Shown piece by piece: positions 41,391 through 49,185 of a stretch of 49,185 nucleotides of DNA; position 1 is the first letter of the stretch; the number at the start of each line of letters is the position of its first letter. The DNA is taken from NCBI GenBank assembly GCA_964580825.1, contig CAZOLB010000003.1, positions 1 through 49,185 of the forward strand. The letters are read 5' to 3'. Both the position numbers and the translations under genes were made by a program. The notes beneath the pieces were generated by a model. The model saw only the letters and a program-made list of their open reading frames with translations, had not been told where the DNA came from and searched no databases. This stretch comes from an uncultured Gammaproteobacteria bacterium. GTDB lineage: Bacteria; Patescibacteriota; Patescibacteriia; UBA2591; UBA6264.

Positions 41391-43661
41391 ATGAACGAAA
41401 TTAAGAAAAAAAACGAGCTAGATATCGTTTTGGAAACAATTTGGTTGATTATCGTTTTTTTTGTTCCTCTTTTTTTTCTGCGCGAAATGCATAATGTTTT
41501 TGAAATTCCTAAAAACATTATATTTCAGACTTTAGTAGAGATTTTATTATTCGTTTATTTGCTTAAAATTATTCTCTATGGTTCGCCGGATAAGGGTTTT
41601 CTGAGGCAAAGAGTCAAATATCTTATTCCAGGCTTTATTTTCATTATTATCCTTGGCGTTTCCACGATTTTTTCCCAAGTTCCTTGGTTTAGTTTTTGGG
41701 GTTCTTGGGAAAGGAGGATGGGCTATTTGACTTGGCTTCATTTTTTTGTTTTCGCCTCGATTTTACTTTTATCTTTAAAAAATAAACAACAAATTATCCG
41801 TTTATTTTTTAGCATTGTCGCCTGTTCTTTTTTTGTCAGCATCTACGGGTTGGCTCAAGCTGTTAATCTTGATCCGTTTGAATGGACATATGACCCTTTT
41901 TTATTAAAGCGAATTTTTTCCGCGGTCGGTCAGCCGAATTTTTTGGGATCTTGGTTATTATTGGTTATTCCGATATTTTTAATCTTATTGGCGGAAAGAA
42001 ATAAAAGAGAATTTGGCTTGATTAAAAAAAAATTAGTTTTTTATTTATTTTCTTTTATCTTTTTACTTCTGCTTTTTTGGATTTTATTTGCCACCAAATC
42101 CCGCGGCGCTTGGGTCGGATTGGTTGCTTTAGTCGGGTTTTTAAGCGTGGTTTTTATTTGGAAAAAGAATAAAAAATTCATTATTATTCCGATTTTTTGC
42201 CTTGCCATTCTTGTCGGCCTGGTGGTGTTTTTTAATCAATCTGGCTTTAATAAAACGTCGTTTTCTTATAACCCCCTTCTTTTTCGTTTGCAAACTTTTA
42301 CCGATTTAAAAGAAGCGGGGAATTATCGTCTGATGCACTGGCAAGCGGCTTGGGATTTAATCAAAAAAAAACCTTTTTTCGGCTATGGATTAGGGTCTCA
42401 ACGTTTTAATTTCCCGCGTTATTACGTCCCTGCCTTTTCTCTTTATGAAAAACCGAATATTTATCTTGATTATGCCCACAACGATATTTTAGACGTTTTG
42501 CTTGCCGCTGGTTTTGCGGGTTTGCTCAGTTATTTATTTCTGGTCGGGAGCGTTTTTTGGTTCGGGTTGAAATATATTTTTAAGCCGAACCAGCCGTTTT
42601 TAGTTTCAGAAAAAAATTCGGACGCCAAATTACCCGTTTTGTTTTTAATGGCCGGTTTATTTGGTTATTTGTTTTCGATTTTATTTTCTTTCCACGTAAT
42701 GTCTACTTTGACTTATTTTTGGTTATTTCTCGTCTTAATAACCGTTTTAAGTCGGAATTTACTTGACGGGGAAGATAAGTCGGAAAGGCGCGTTATCGGA
42801 TTAACTCCTGAAAAAAGTTTAATTATCATTTTACTTTTGATTCTTTTAGGGATTAGCTGGTGGCATTTTAACGCTCGTTTATATTTGTCCAGTCATTATT
42901 TTTTCCAAGCGCAAAAGGCTAAATCATTGGGTGATTGGCAAAAAGCCATTAAAGAGCATCAACGAGCGATTAAATTCAGTCCAAATGACCCTTATTTTCA
43001 TCAAGAGTTTGCTTTGAGTTTGTATCAATTGGTTGATTTCCTTCCTGTTTCAGCCGATCAATCGTCGGAAATATCCCTGATTCTGAATCAAAAAATAGAT
43101 TGGCTTGACTTAGGGATTGTTAACTTAAAAGAGATCTCTGAAACCGAAAGACCGATTGAGGCCATCATCTGGTTGCCTTGGTTGGAATCGGAAAGGGCTC
43201 GCTTAACCGGACAAGAAGAAGATTTTCTTCAGGCGGAACGATCGTTTCAGAAAGCGGCCGACTTTTCCCCTCAAACGGCTTTGATTTATAATAAATGGTG
43301 CGATTTAGAGATATATCGGCAACAGTGGGATCGAGCGGCGGAAATGTGCGAAAAAGCTCTTTTGCTTTATCCAGACATTGACCACCCCCATATTAATATT
43401 GAACATCAACAATGTGTCGTTGACGAGATGACGCCGGTTTATCTGAATTTGGGGGGGATAAGCCAAATTTTAAACGAGATGGAAAAGGCAGTTGACTATT
43501 ATCGAAAAATCGCTTACCTTATAATAAAGGTTTATTCGCCCCCTTATCCTACGTCTTTGAATTATATCTATGCCAGAATGTCGTCTCTTTACGCTGAAAT
43601 GGGCAGGAAGGACTTGGCGGATTTTTACGCGGGAAAGGCGCAGAATCAGTCGGGCAATTAA
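41391..43661 (+). CDS. O-antigen ligase family (Wzy_C) membrane protein with a C-terminal TPR-repeat domain
   Basis: GQPNFLGSWLL, ATKSRGAWVG and GYGLGSQRF are present in a polytopic N-terminal region. The C-terminal roughly 270 aa has TPR-like repeats (AIKEHQRAIKFSPNDPYFH..., FQKAADFSPQTALIYNKW...). Confidence 0.75.
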   Translation: MNEIKKKNELDIVLETIWLIIVFFVPLFFLREMHNVFEIPKNIIFQTLVEILLFVYLLKIILYGSPDKGFLRQRVKYLIPGFIFIIILGVSTIFSQVPWFSFWGSWERRMGYLTWLHFFVFASILLLSLKNKQQIIRLFFSIVACSFFVSIYGLAQAVNLDPFEWTYDPFLLKRIFSAVGQPNFLGSWLLLVIPIFLILLAERNKREFGLIKKKLVFYLFSFIFLLLLFWILFATKSRGAWVGLVALVGFLSVVFIWKKNKKFIIIPIFCLAILVGLVVFFNQSGFNKTSFSYNPLLFRLQTFTDLKEAGNYRLMHWQAAWDLIKKKPFFGYGLGSQRFNFPRYYVPAFSLYEKPNIYLDYAHNDILDVLLAAGFAGLLSYLFLVGSVFWFGLKYIFKPNQPFLVSEKNSDAKLPVLFLMAGLFGYLFSILFSFHVMSTLTYFWLFLVLITVLSRNLLDGEDKSERRVIGLTPEKSLIIILLLILLGISWWHFNARLYLSSHYFFQAQKAKSLGDWQKAIKEHQRAIKFSPNDPYFHQEFALSLYQLVDFLPVSADQSSEISLILNQKIDWLDLGIVNLKEISETERPIEAIIWLPWLESERARLTGQEEDFLQAERSFQKAADFSPQTALIYNKWCDLEIYRQQWDRAAEMCEKALLLYPDIDHPHINIEHQQCVVDEMTPVYLNLGGISQILNEMEKAVDYYRKIAYLIIKVYSPPYPTSLNYIYARMSSLYAEMGRKDLADFYAGKAQNQSGN

Positions 43662-43707
43662 AACGTATTTTTGTAATTTGATATTTAATTTTTAATTTTT
43701 GGCGTCT

Positions 43708-44238
43708 ATGCCTAAAAATAATTTTTTGCCAACTAAAGATACCGCCGGAGAAAAAGAAGAAATTGATCGTGGGGCACTTCTTTTTGACTGGCATTTTCCT
43801 GAATATGCTCAATATCAAAGGAGCCGATCTTGGTATGTAATAATTGTTATTCTTTTGTTGGCGCTTTTTTGTATTGCTTTATCGACGGCGAATTTCATTT
43901 TTGCCCTTTTTTTGGTTTTATTCGGCATAATTCTCATTATTCAGCTTCGTCAGTCGCCCCTTGAAGTGAAATTTGCGATTTTTGAAGACGGAATCGGCAT
44001 CGGCGAGAAATTTTACGAATGGTCGGAAATAAAGAATTTCCACATCATTTATCGGCCACCTCAAATAAAAAGACTTTATTTCGATTTGAAGAATACTTTT
44101 TTTTCTGATTTTTCCGTGCCTTTGGAAAAACAAAATCCTCTTGAAATCCGCGCGACTTTAAAAAAATATTTGTCTGAAGACTTAAGTAAAGATTCGGAGA
44201 GTTTGACCGACAGTTTAGGACGATTATTAAAGATATAA
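43708..44238 (+). CDS. Hypothetical membrane protein (two TM helices plus a small cytoplasmic domain)
   Basis: ORF with the hydrophobic hairpin WYVIIVILLLALFCIAL...FIFALFLVLFGIILII. The ATG at 43708 is preferred to the TTG at 43699. Confidence 0.55.
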   Translation: MPKNNFLPTKDTAGEKEEIDRGALLFDWHFPEYAQYQRSRSWYVIIVILLLALFCIALSTANFIFALFLVLFGIILIIQLRQSPLEVKFAIFEDGIGIGEKFYEWSEIKNFHIIYRPPQIKRLYFDLKNTFFSDFSVPLEKQNPLEIRATLKKYLSEDLSKDSESLTDSLGRLLKI

Positions 44239-44253
44239 TATAAGGCTTTATTA

Positions 44254-44325
44254 CCCCTCGTCGTTCAACGGATAGGACACGAGATTGCGGATCTCGAAAT
44301 AGAGGTTCGATTCCTCTCGGGGGGA
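44254..44325 (+). tRNA. tRNA-Arg (anticodon GCG), CCA not encoded
   Basis: Acceptor CCCCTCG/CGGGGGG (one T-G pair), D-arm GTTC-AACGGATA-GGAC, anticodon arm CGAGA-TTGCGGA-TCTCG, T-arm AGAGG-TTCGATT-CCTCT. Confidence 0.8.
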
Positions 44326-44599
44326 TTTTCGGCACAAAGATTTTTTAAAGAATGCCGATTATTCGTTTTTATTGTCTTGATAAAGACGAATTATTTTTAT
44401 TCTGAAATAGATTCTGATTTTATTTTAGTAAAAAATTATAGAGAGACAGTTGCCTGTCTTAGACCTTATTTTTTCGAAGCTCAACGGGGTTTCTTTTTTA
44501 AAACAAAAAAATCGTTTTAAGCACGATTTAATATGACAGGGACGGACCCTATCACCGGAACAGAGGATTTACCACTCCGTAGCCTTTGGCGTAGGATGG

Positions 44600-44675
44600 T
44601 GGCGGTCCGGACGGGACTCGAACCCGCAACCTTCTGCGTGACAGGCAGATGATCTAACCATTGATCTACCGGACC
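44600..44675 (-). tRNA. tRNA-Asp (anticodon GUC), CCA encoded
   Basis: GGTCCGGTAGATCAATGGTTAGATCATCTGCCTGTCACGCAGAAGGTTGCGGGTTCGAGTCCCGTCCGGACCGCCA is a canonical bacterial tRNA-Asp. Confidence 0.9.
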
Positions 44676-45010
44676 ATTTTAACAATTTCAGCAAAGATTT
44701 GCGGGTATTTTTCCGCCACCTCGGCCAATATTTTGCGGTCGAGTTCTATTTTATTTTTTTTGAGTGCGGAAATAAATTTGGAGTAACTTAAATCATAAAG
44801 CCGACAGGCCGCGTTGATTTTAATTTGCCAAAGGGAACGAGCGGTTCTTTTTTTGATTCTTCGGTCGCGATAAGCGTAAACGCCGGCTTTTTTAATTGCG
44901 GTTCTGGCCAGTTTAATTTTGCTTTTTCTTCCCCAGCGATAACCCTTGGCTTGTTTAAGTAATTTTTTTCTTCTTTTTAAATGGAGTTTTCCTCGTTTGA
45001 CCCTAGGCAT
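44666..45010 (-). CDS. rplT: 50S ribosomal protein L20
   Basis: MPRVKRGKLHLKRRKKLLKQAKGYRWGR... 114 aa. Confidence 0.95.
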   Translation of the reverse strand: MPRVKRGKLHLKRRKKLLKQAKGYRWGRKSKIKLARTAIKKAGVYAYRDRRIKKRTARSLWQIKINAACRLYDLSYSKFISALKKNKIELDRKILAEVAEKYPQIFAEIVKMVR

Positions 45011-45070
45011 AAAAAAGTGTTTAATCGGAGATTTTTAATTAAAAATATTGGGTTAACAGTTTGTTTAATT

Positions 45071-45256
45071 CTAATGCAGGTGTTGTTTGAGGGTTTTTTT
45101 AAAAACTCTTCCCAATGACCTGTTTTGACGCTTATTCTTAGTCGTTTCACCCGATTCTCGGGCGTTAAAGTGATTCTGTCCGCAAGCGCGGTGAAGAATT
45201 TTTTCTTTTTTTGTCAATCGCAATCTTTTGGCGATTAATTTATGAGTTTTGACCAT
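45071..45256 (-). CDS. rpmI: 50S ribosomal protein L35
   Basis: MVKTHKLIAKRLRLTKKEKILHRACGQNHF... 61 aa, between infC and rplT. Confidence 0.9.
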   Translation of the reverse strand: MVKTHKLIAKRLRLTKKEKILHRACGQNHFNARESGETTKNKRQNRSLGRVFKKTLKQHLH

Positions 45257-45776
45257 AAGTATCTTTATCTTTGGAGTAAGGAACCACTAAGGCGGTTAGG
45301 CAATTGCCTTGCCTAAGGGGCGGTTGTTCTATTTTAATGTTTTCCCCTAAGAGATTTATAAATTTATCCACTAAATCTTTGGCTAAATTAAAGTGTACTT
45401 TTTCTCTTCCTTTAAGCACTAAATCGATTTTTACCTTTTGATTTTGATTGAGAAATTCTTTTGTTTTTTCCGCTTTAAAATTCAAATCATGTTGGCCGAT
45501 TCTAAGAGTCAACCGGACGCCTTTAATTTCGCCGACTTTTTGCTGTTTTTTTTGCTGTTTTTCTTTTTTTCTTAAATTATATTTGAATTGTCCGAAATTC
45601 GTGATTTTGGCCACCGGTGGTTGGGCTTTTGGGTCGATTTCGATTAAATCTAAACCTCTTTCCTGGGCTATAGCCAAAGCTTTTTTTATTTCCATAATGC
45701 CTAAGTATTGGTCGTTTTCATCGATTAGGCGCACTTCGGGAGAATTTATTTTGTTGTTGACAAGATAGTATTTCAC
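45240..45776 (-). CDS. infC: Translation initiation factor IF-3
   Basis: INSPEVRLIDENDQYLGIMEIKKALAIAQERGLDLIEI with a C-terminal domain. It has a GTG start in the ORF track, and its 3' end overlaps rpmI by 17 nt. Confidence 0.9.
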   Translation of the reverse strand: MKYYLVNNKINSPEVRLIDENDQYLGIMEIKKALAIAQERGLDLIEIDPKAQPPVAKITNFGQFKYNLRKKEKQQKKQQKVGEIKGVRLTLRIGQHDLNFKAEKTKEFLNQNQKVKIDLVLKGREKVHFNLAKDLVDKFINLLGENIKIEQPPLRQGNCLTALVVPYSKDKDTYGQNS

Positions 45777-45938
45777 TAGAAACTATAAAATAAAATATAA
45801 AGAATAAAAAACAAAAAACTAAAATAAAAAATAGAGAGTGGAGAATCGAGAAATAAAAGAAGGCATTTATCTATTCTTGCTATTTTTGTTTTTTATTTTT
45901 GATTTTTTATTTTGAACAAAGCGTAAGATTTGCGATGG

Positions 45939-46364
45939 GGTGGAGGTGACGAGAATTGAACTCGTGTCCAAAAAATATTGATAAAAATTTCTACCTTCAT
46001 AGTCTGATTGTCCAATTCGAATTTTGGAATTTCCGTTTAAACGGCTCAACTTGTTACGGCTGAAAAATCAGACAAAATTCCCAAAATTCTAGCCTAGTTT
46101 ATTTCAGTTTTTTGATTTAGGCGGTCAAAAACCTATTCCTGCTGAATGAACGCCAATCACCAAATAGCAGGCATTTTCGGGATTAGCGGCCGTAGCTTTT
46201 ATTAGGCGACGGCAAAAGCCAAATTTCTGTTGGCAATTATTGATTTGAGAAATTTTGCCCTATTGAAATTTCGCTGAAAGCGGAATTTTTTAATAAGGCG
46301 AATGCCCTTCTCGGGACAGAAGGCTATTTTTATCAAGGGTTTTTTGTCGAAGCCTTTCACCCCC
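45939..46364 (-). ncRNA. ssrA: tmRNA (SsrA); predicted tag ANRNLAFAVA
   Basis: The 5' end is GGGGGTGAAAGGCTTCGAC. The 3' tRNA-like end is GGACACGAGTTCAATTCTCGTCACCTCCACC, with a G3-U70 pair. The internal frame GCC AAC AGA AAT TTG GCT TTT GCC GTC GCC TAA TAA lies at 46234..46199. Confidence 0.85.
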
Positions 46365-46429
46365 TGAAATATTGTTTTGTAATGTATATATAATAACGGT
46401 AATTAGAATAGCATTTTTTTGCTAGCAAG

Positions 46430-48547
46430 TCAACCTTTGGAGCCGTTGCCGGCGTTGCCTTCAATTATTTTTTCTTGAATATTTTTGGGAATAGGCGCGT
46501 AATGAGAGAGTTCCATTGTCGAACTTCCCCGCCCTTCGGTCATTGATCGCAAGGCCGTGGTGTAGCCGAAAATTTCAGCCAAAGGGACTATAGCGTCGAT
46601 TAGTTTTATTTGACCTCGAGTTTTAGTGCCTTGAATTTGCGCTCGCCGCGAATTAAGGTCGCCGATGACTTCGCCGAGAAATTTTTCCGGAACCACGACT
46701 TCAATACTCATCACTGGTTCCAAAAGAGTCGGCTTGGCGTTTTTAACTCCTTCGCGAATAGCCCGATTAGCGGCGATTTTAAAAGCCATTTCAGAAGAAT
46801 CAACCTCGTGAAAAGAGCCGTCATAAAGGGTAACCATCATGTCGACTACGGGGTAGCCGGCGATAACGCCTTCGCTCATTGCCTCAATAACTCCTTTTTT
46901 TATTGCCGGCACGTATTCTCTGGGAATGGCTCCGCCTTTAAGTTTGTCAATAAATTCGAAACCCTTGCCTCTTTCTAAGGGTTCGAGCTTGAGCCAACAA
47001 TGTCCGTATTGACCGCGACCGCCTGACTGATGAATATATTTTCCTTCGGTTTCAACGTTTGAAGTGATGGTTTCTTTATAAGCCACTTGAGGCCGTCCGA
47101 CATTGGCGTCGACGGAGAATTCGCGTTTCAGCCGGTCAACAATGATTTCCAAATGCAGTTCGCCCATGCCGGAAATAATGGTTTGTCCGGTTTCCTCGTT
47201 CGTTTTTACTTTGAAAGTCGGATCTTCTTCAACCAGTTTACCTATGGCCAAACCCATTTTTTCCTGATCGCTTTTTGTTTTCGGTTCAATAGCGACGGAA
47301 ACCACCGGCTCGGGAAAAGAAATTGATTCTAAAATAATCGGCTGATTGGGATCACACAAAGTGTCGCCGGTGCTGGTATTTTTAATGCCGACAATGGCAG
47401 CAATATCGCCGGCGGAAACTTGTTCCACTTCTTCGCGGTGATTGGCGTGCATTCTGACAATCCGTCCGATCCTTTCTTTATTATTGGTTGAAGTGTTTAG
47501 GACATAAGAGCCGGTTAAAAGGGCTCCGGAATAGACTCGAAAATAACATAAGCGGCCGACATAAGGGTCGGTGGCGATTTTAAAAGCCAGAGCGGCAAAA
47601 GGTTCTTTTTCATCGGCTTTTCTGATTATTTCTTCTTCAGTTTTCGGAGATTTGCCTTTGGCCGGCGGTACATCTAAAGGAGAAGGCAGATAAAAACAAA
47701 TGGCGTCTAAAAGCAATTGAATCCCCTTATTCCTTAAAGCCGACCCACAAAGAACAGGAATAAGTTTTCCTTTAATGACGGCTTGACGCAATGATTTTTT
47801 TAATTCTTCAACAGAGATTTCTTTTCCTTCCAGATATTGTTCCATTAGGCGATTATCGTTTTCAACAATGGCTTCAACGAGTTTATGCCGATGTTTTTCC
47901 GTTTCTTCTTTCATATTGTCGGGGATGTCTTCTTCTTTTGATTCTTTACCCATTTCGTCGAGATAGATTCGGGCTCGGCGGGTGAATAAATCGACGATGC
48001 CTTTGAAATTTGACTCGGCGCCGATCGGCAGTTGGACGGGATAAGCGTTTTTGGTCAGCCGTTCGTGGATTGAATTTAAATCGGCGTAAAAATTGGCGCC
48101 CATTCTGTCCATTTTATTGACAAAAGCAATTAAAGGAACGTTGAATTTTTCCGCTTGGTGCCAAACGGTTTCGGATTGGGGTTCTACGCCGGCAACACCG
48201 TCAAAAACCACGACGCCGCCGTCGAGGACGCGCAAAGAGCGTTGGACTTCGGCTGTAAAATCAATATGTCCGGGAGTGTCGATAATATTTATTTTTACCA
48301 TCTTCTCTTCTTGGGTGGAAACCAGCGGTTTCCAAAAGACCGTGGTGGCGGCGGCGGTAATGGTAACGCCTCTTTCTCTTTCTTGAACCATCCAATCCAT
48401 TTCCGCCTGGCCTTCGTGAACTTCGCCGACTTTGTGTTTTTTCCCCGTATAATATAAAATCCGTTCACTGACCGTGGTTTTGCCAGCGTCGATGTGAGCG
48501 ATGATGCCGATATTGCGAGTTTGCTCCAAAGAAAATTTTTCAGGCAT
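46430..48547 (-). CDS. fusA: Elongation factor G
   Basis: [25 protein letters not shown] and full five-domain length (705 aa). Confidence 0.95.
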   Translation of the reverse strand: MPEKFSLEQTRNIGIIAHIDAGKTTVSERILYYTGKKHKVGEVHEGQAEMDWMVQERERGVTITAAATTVFWKPLVSTQEEKMVKINIIDTPGHIDFTAEVQRSLRVLDGGVVVFDGVAGVEPQSETVWHQAEKFNVPLIAFVNKMDRMGANFYADLNSIHERLTKNAYPVQLPIGAESNFKGIVDLFTRRARIYLDEMGKESKEEDIPDNMKEETEKHRHKLVEAIVENDNRLMEQYLEGKEISVEELKKSLRQAVIKGKLIPVLCGSALRNKGIQLLLDAICFYLPSPLDVPPAKGKSPKTEEEIIRKADEKEPFAALAFKIATDPYVGRLCYFRVYSGALLTGSYVLNTSTNNKERIGRIVRMHANHREEVEQVSAGDIAAIVGIKNTSTGDTLCDPNQPIILESISFPEPVVSVAIEPKTKSDQEKMGLAIGKLVEEDPTFKVKTNEETGQTIISGMGELHLEIIVDRLKREFSVDANVGRPQVAYKETITSNVETEGKYIHQSGGRGQYGHCWLKLEPLERGKGFEFIDKLKGGAIPREYVPAIKKGVIEAMSEGVIAGYPVVDMMVTLYDGSFHEVDSSEMAFKIAANRAIREGVKNAKPTLLEPVMSIEVVVPEKFLGEVIGDLNSRRAQIQGTKTRGQIKLIDAIVPLAEIFGYTTALRSMTEGRGSSTMELSHYAPIPKNIQEKIIEGNAGNGSKG

Positions 48548-48710
48548 AATTGTATAATATTGTATATATTATTTAAAGTAAACGGAATCTCTCACCGATT
48601 TTATTCCAGTGAGGGTTAATGTGTTTATTCAAGAGGAATTTTATTAAACGGTGTGGCAATGTTTTTAAAATTAAACCAATTATAAATCGGGCGGTTTAAA
48701 ATATCTTTTG

Positions 48711-49184
48711 TCAATGGAAGCGCGCAAAATGGGCGAAGGCCTTATTGGCTTCGGCCATGCGATGAACATCATCTTTTTTCTTAATGGCGTTACTTTGATT
48801 TTCTGAAGTTTCAATGAGTTCTTGCGCCAGTTTTTCCGTCATTGATTTTCCCCTTTTTGATCTGGCCGATTCAATAATCCAACGCGAAGCCAAAACAAAA
48901 CGCCGATTTTCATTGGTTGGAGTCGGAATTTGGTAGTTGCCGCCGCCGACGCGTCGCGACCTGACTTCGATTAAAGGGGAAGCGTTCTTAATGGCCTTTT
49001 GAAATATTTCCAAAGGATCTTTTTTAGTTTTTTCTCCAATAATGTCAAAACAGCCGTAAAGTATTTTTGCGGCCAAACTCTTTTTACCCCCCTTCATGAT
49101 AAGGTTGATAAATTTGGCTATTTCAACCGAATTATATTTAAGATCGGGTTCAATTTTTCTTTTTGGTGCTGGTTTTCCTCGCAT
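48711..49184 (-). CDS. rpsG: 30S ribosomal protein S7
   Basis: MRGKPAPKRKIEPDLKYNSVEIAKFINLIMKGGKKSLA... 157 aa, upstream of fusA as in the str operon. Confidence 0.95.
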   Translation of the reverse strand: MRGKPAPKRKIEPDLKYNSVEIAKFINLIMKGGKKSLAAKILYGCFDIIGEKTKKDPLEIFQKAIKNASPLIEVRSRRVGGGNYQIPTPTNENRRFVLASRWIIESARSKRGKSMTEKLAQELIETSENQSNAIKKKDDVHRMAEANKAFAHFARFH

Positions 49185-49185
49185 A

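Noticed and set aside
44045-44335. 96-aa minus-strand ORF
   Set aside because: It is antisense to tRNA-Arg and to the end of the 43708..44238 gene. The IEPLFRDPQSRVLSVERRG stretch is a typical antisense-tRNA translation.
44340-44599. Possible extra RNA gene downstream of tRNA-Asp (minus strand), ending at the hairpin ATCGT-GCTTAAA-ACGAT + T7
   Set aside because: The roughly 70-nt segment does not fold into a cloverleaf or any motif I recognise. It is probably just the operon's 3' trailer and terminator.
45867-46049. 60-aa minus-strand ORF
   Set aside because: It lies inside the tmRNA gene.

Overview
This is a 49.2-kb low-GC bacterial chromosomal segment. Sampled 60-nt lines are about 35-40 % GC. 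Gene content and architecture look like a small-genome Patescibacteria/CPR-type organism, which is an inference from compact operons, many enzymes with added N-terminal membrane anchors, SpoIID and O-antigen-ligase-type envelope genes, and a minimal pentose-phosphate set.

Layout:
- 1-22.3 kb is core-like. It holds a membrane-anchored AmmeMemoRadiSam set next to membrane redox proteins, a 2-oxoacid:ferredoxin oxidoreductase, rpiB-rpe-tkt, trxB, an M48 peptidase, thiI, a SpoIID-like protein, a flippase, an O-antigen-ligase-like protein, and tRNA-Gly and tRNA-Pro.
- 22.3-41.3 kb is accessory DNA that begins right after tRNA-Ser. It has three parts:
  - A roughly 3.8-kb, higher-GC integrative element. 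It carries a large serine recombinase, a CI/Cro-type switch with two 16-bp palindromic operators, and an HTH replication-type gene containing iteron-like repeats. It is bounded by inverted repeats that share a GTC core.
  - A roughly 10.5-kb co-directional metal / Fe-S module. It contains a DUF5320-type protein, an EncFtn-like mini-ferritin, two NifX-like proteins, a MinD-ferredoxin ATPase, a CDF exporter fused to a zinc ribbon, DUF134, an ABC-3 metal transporter, Mrp, CxxC proteins and FeoAB.
  - A roughly 3-kb higher-GC remnant with AbiEi/AbiEii, a RadC-like JAB protein, an orphan small-RNA-like unit and a decayed dam gene.
- 41.3-49.2 kb is core again. It holds an O-antigen-ligase/TPR protein, tRNA-Arg, tRNA-Asp, infC-rpmI-rplT, tmRNA, fusA and rpsG.

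No CRISPR array and no rRNA gene were seen. All calls come from reading the sequence and the ORF track by eye; no searches were run.
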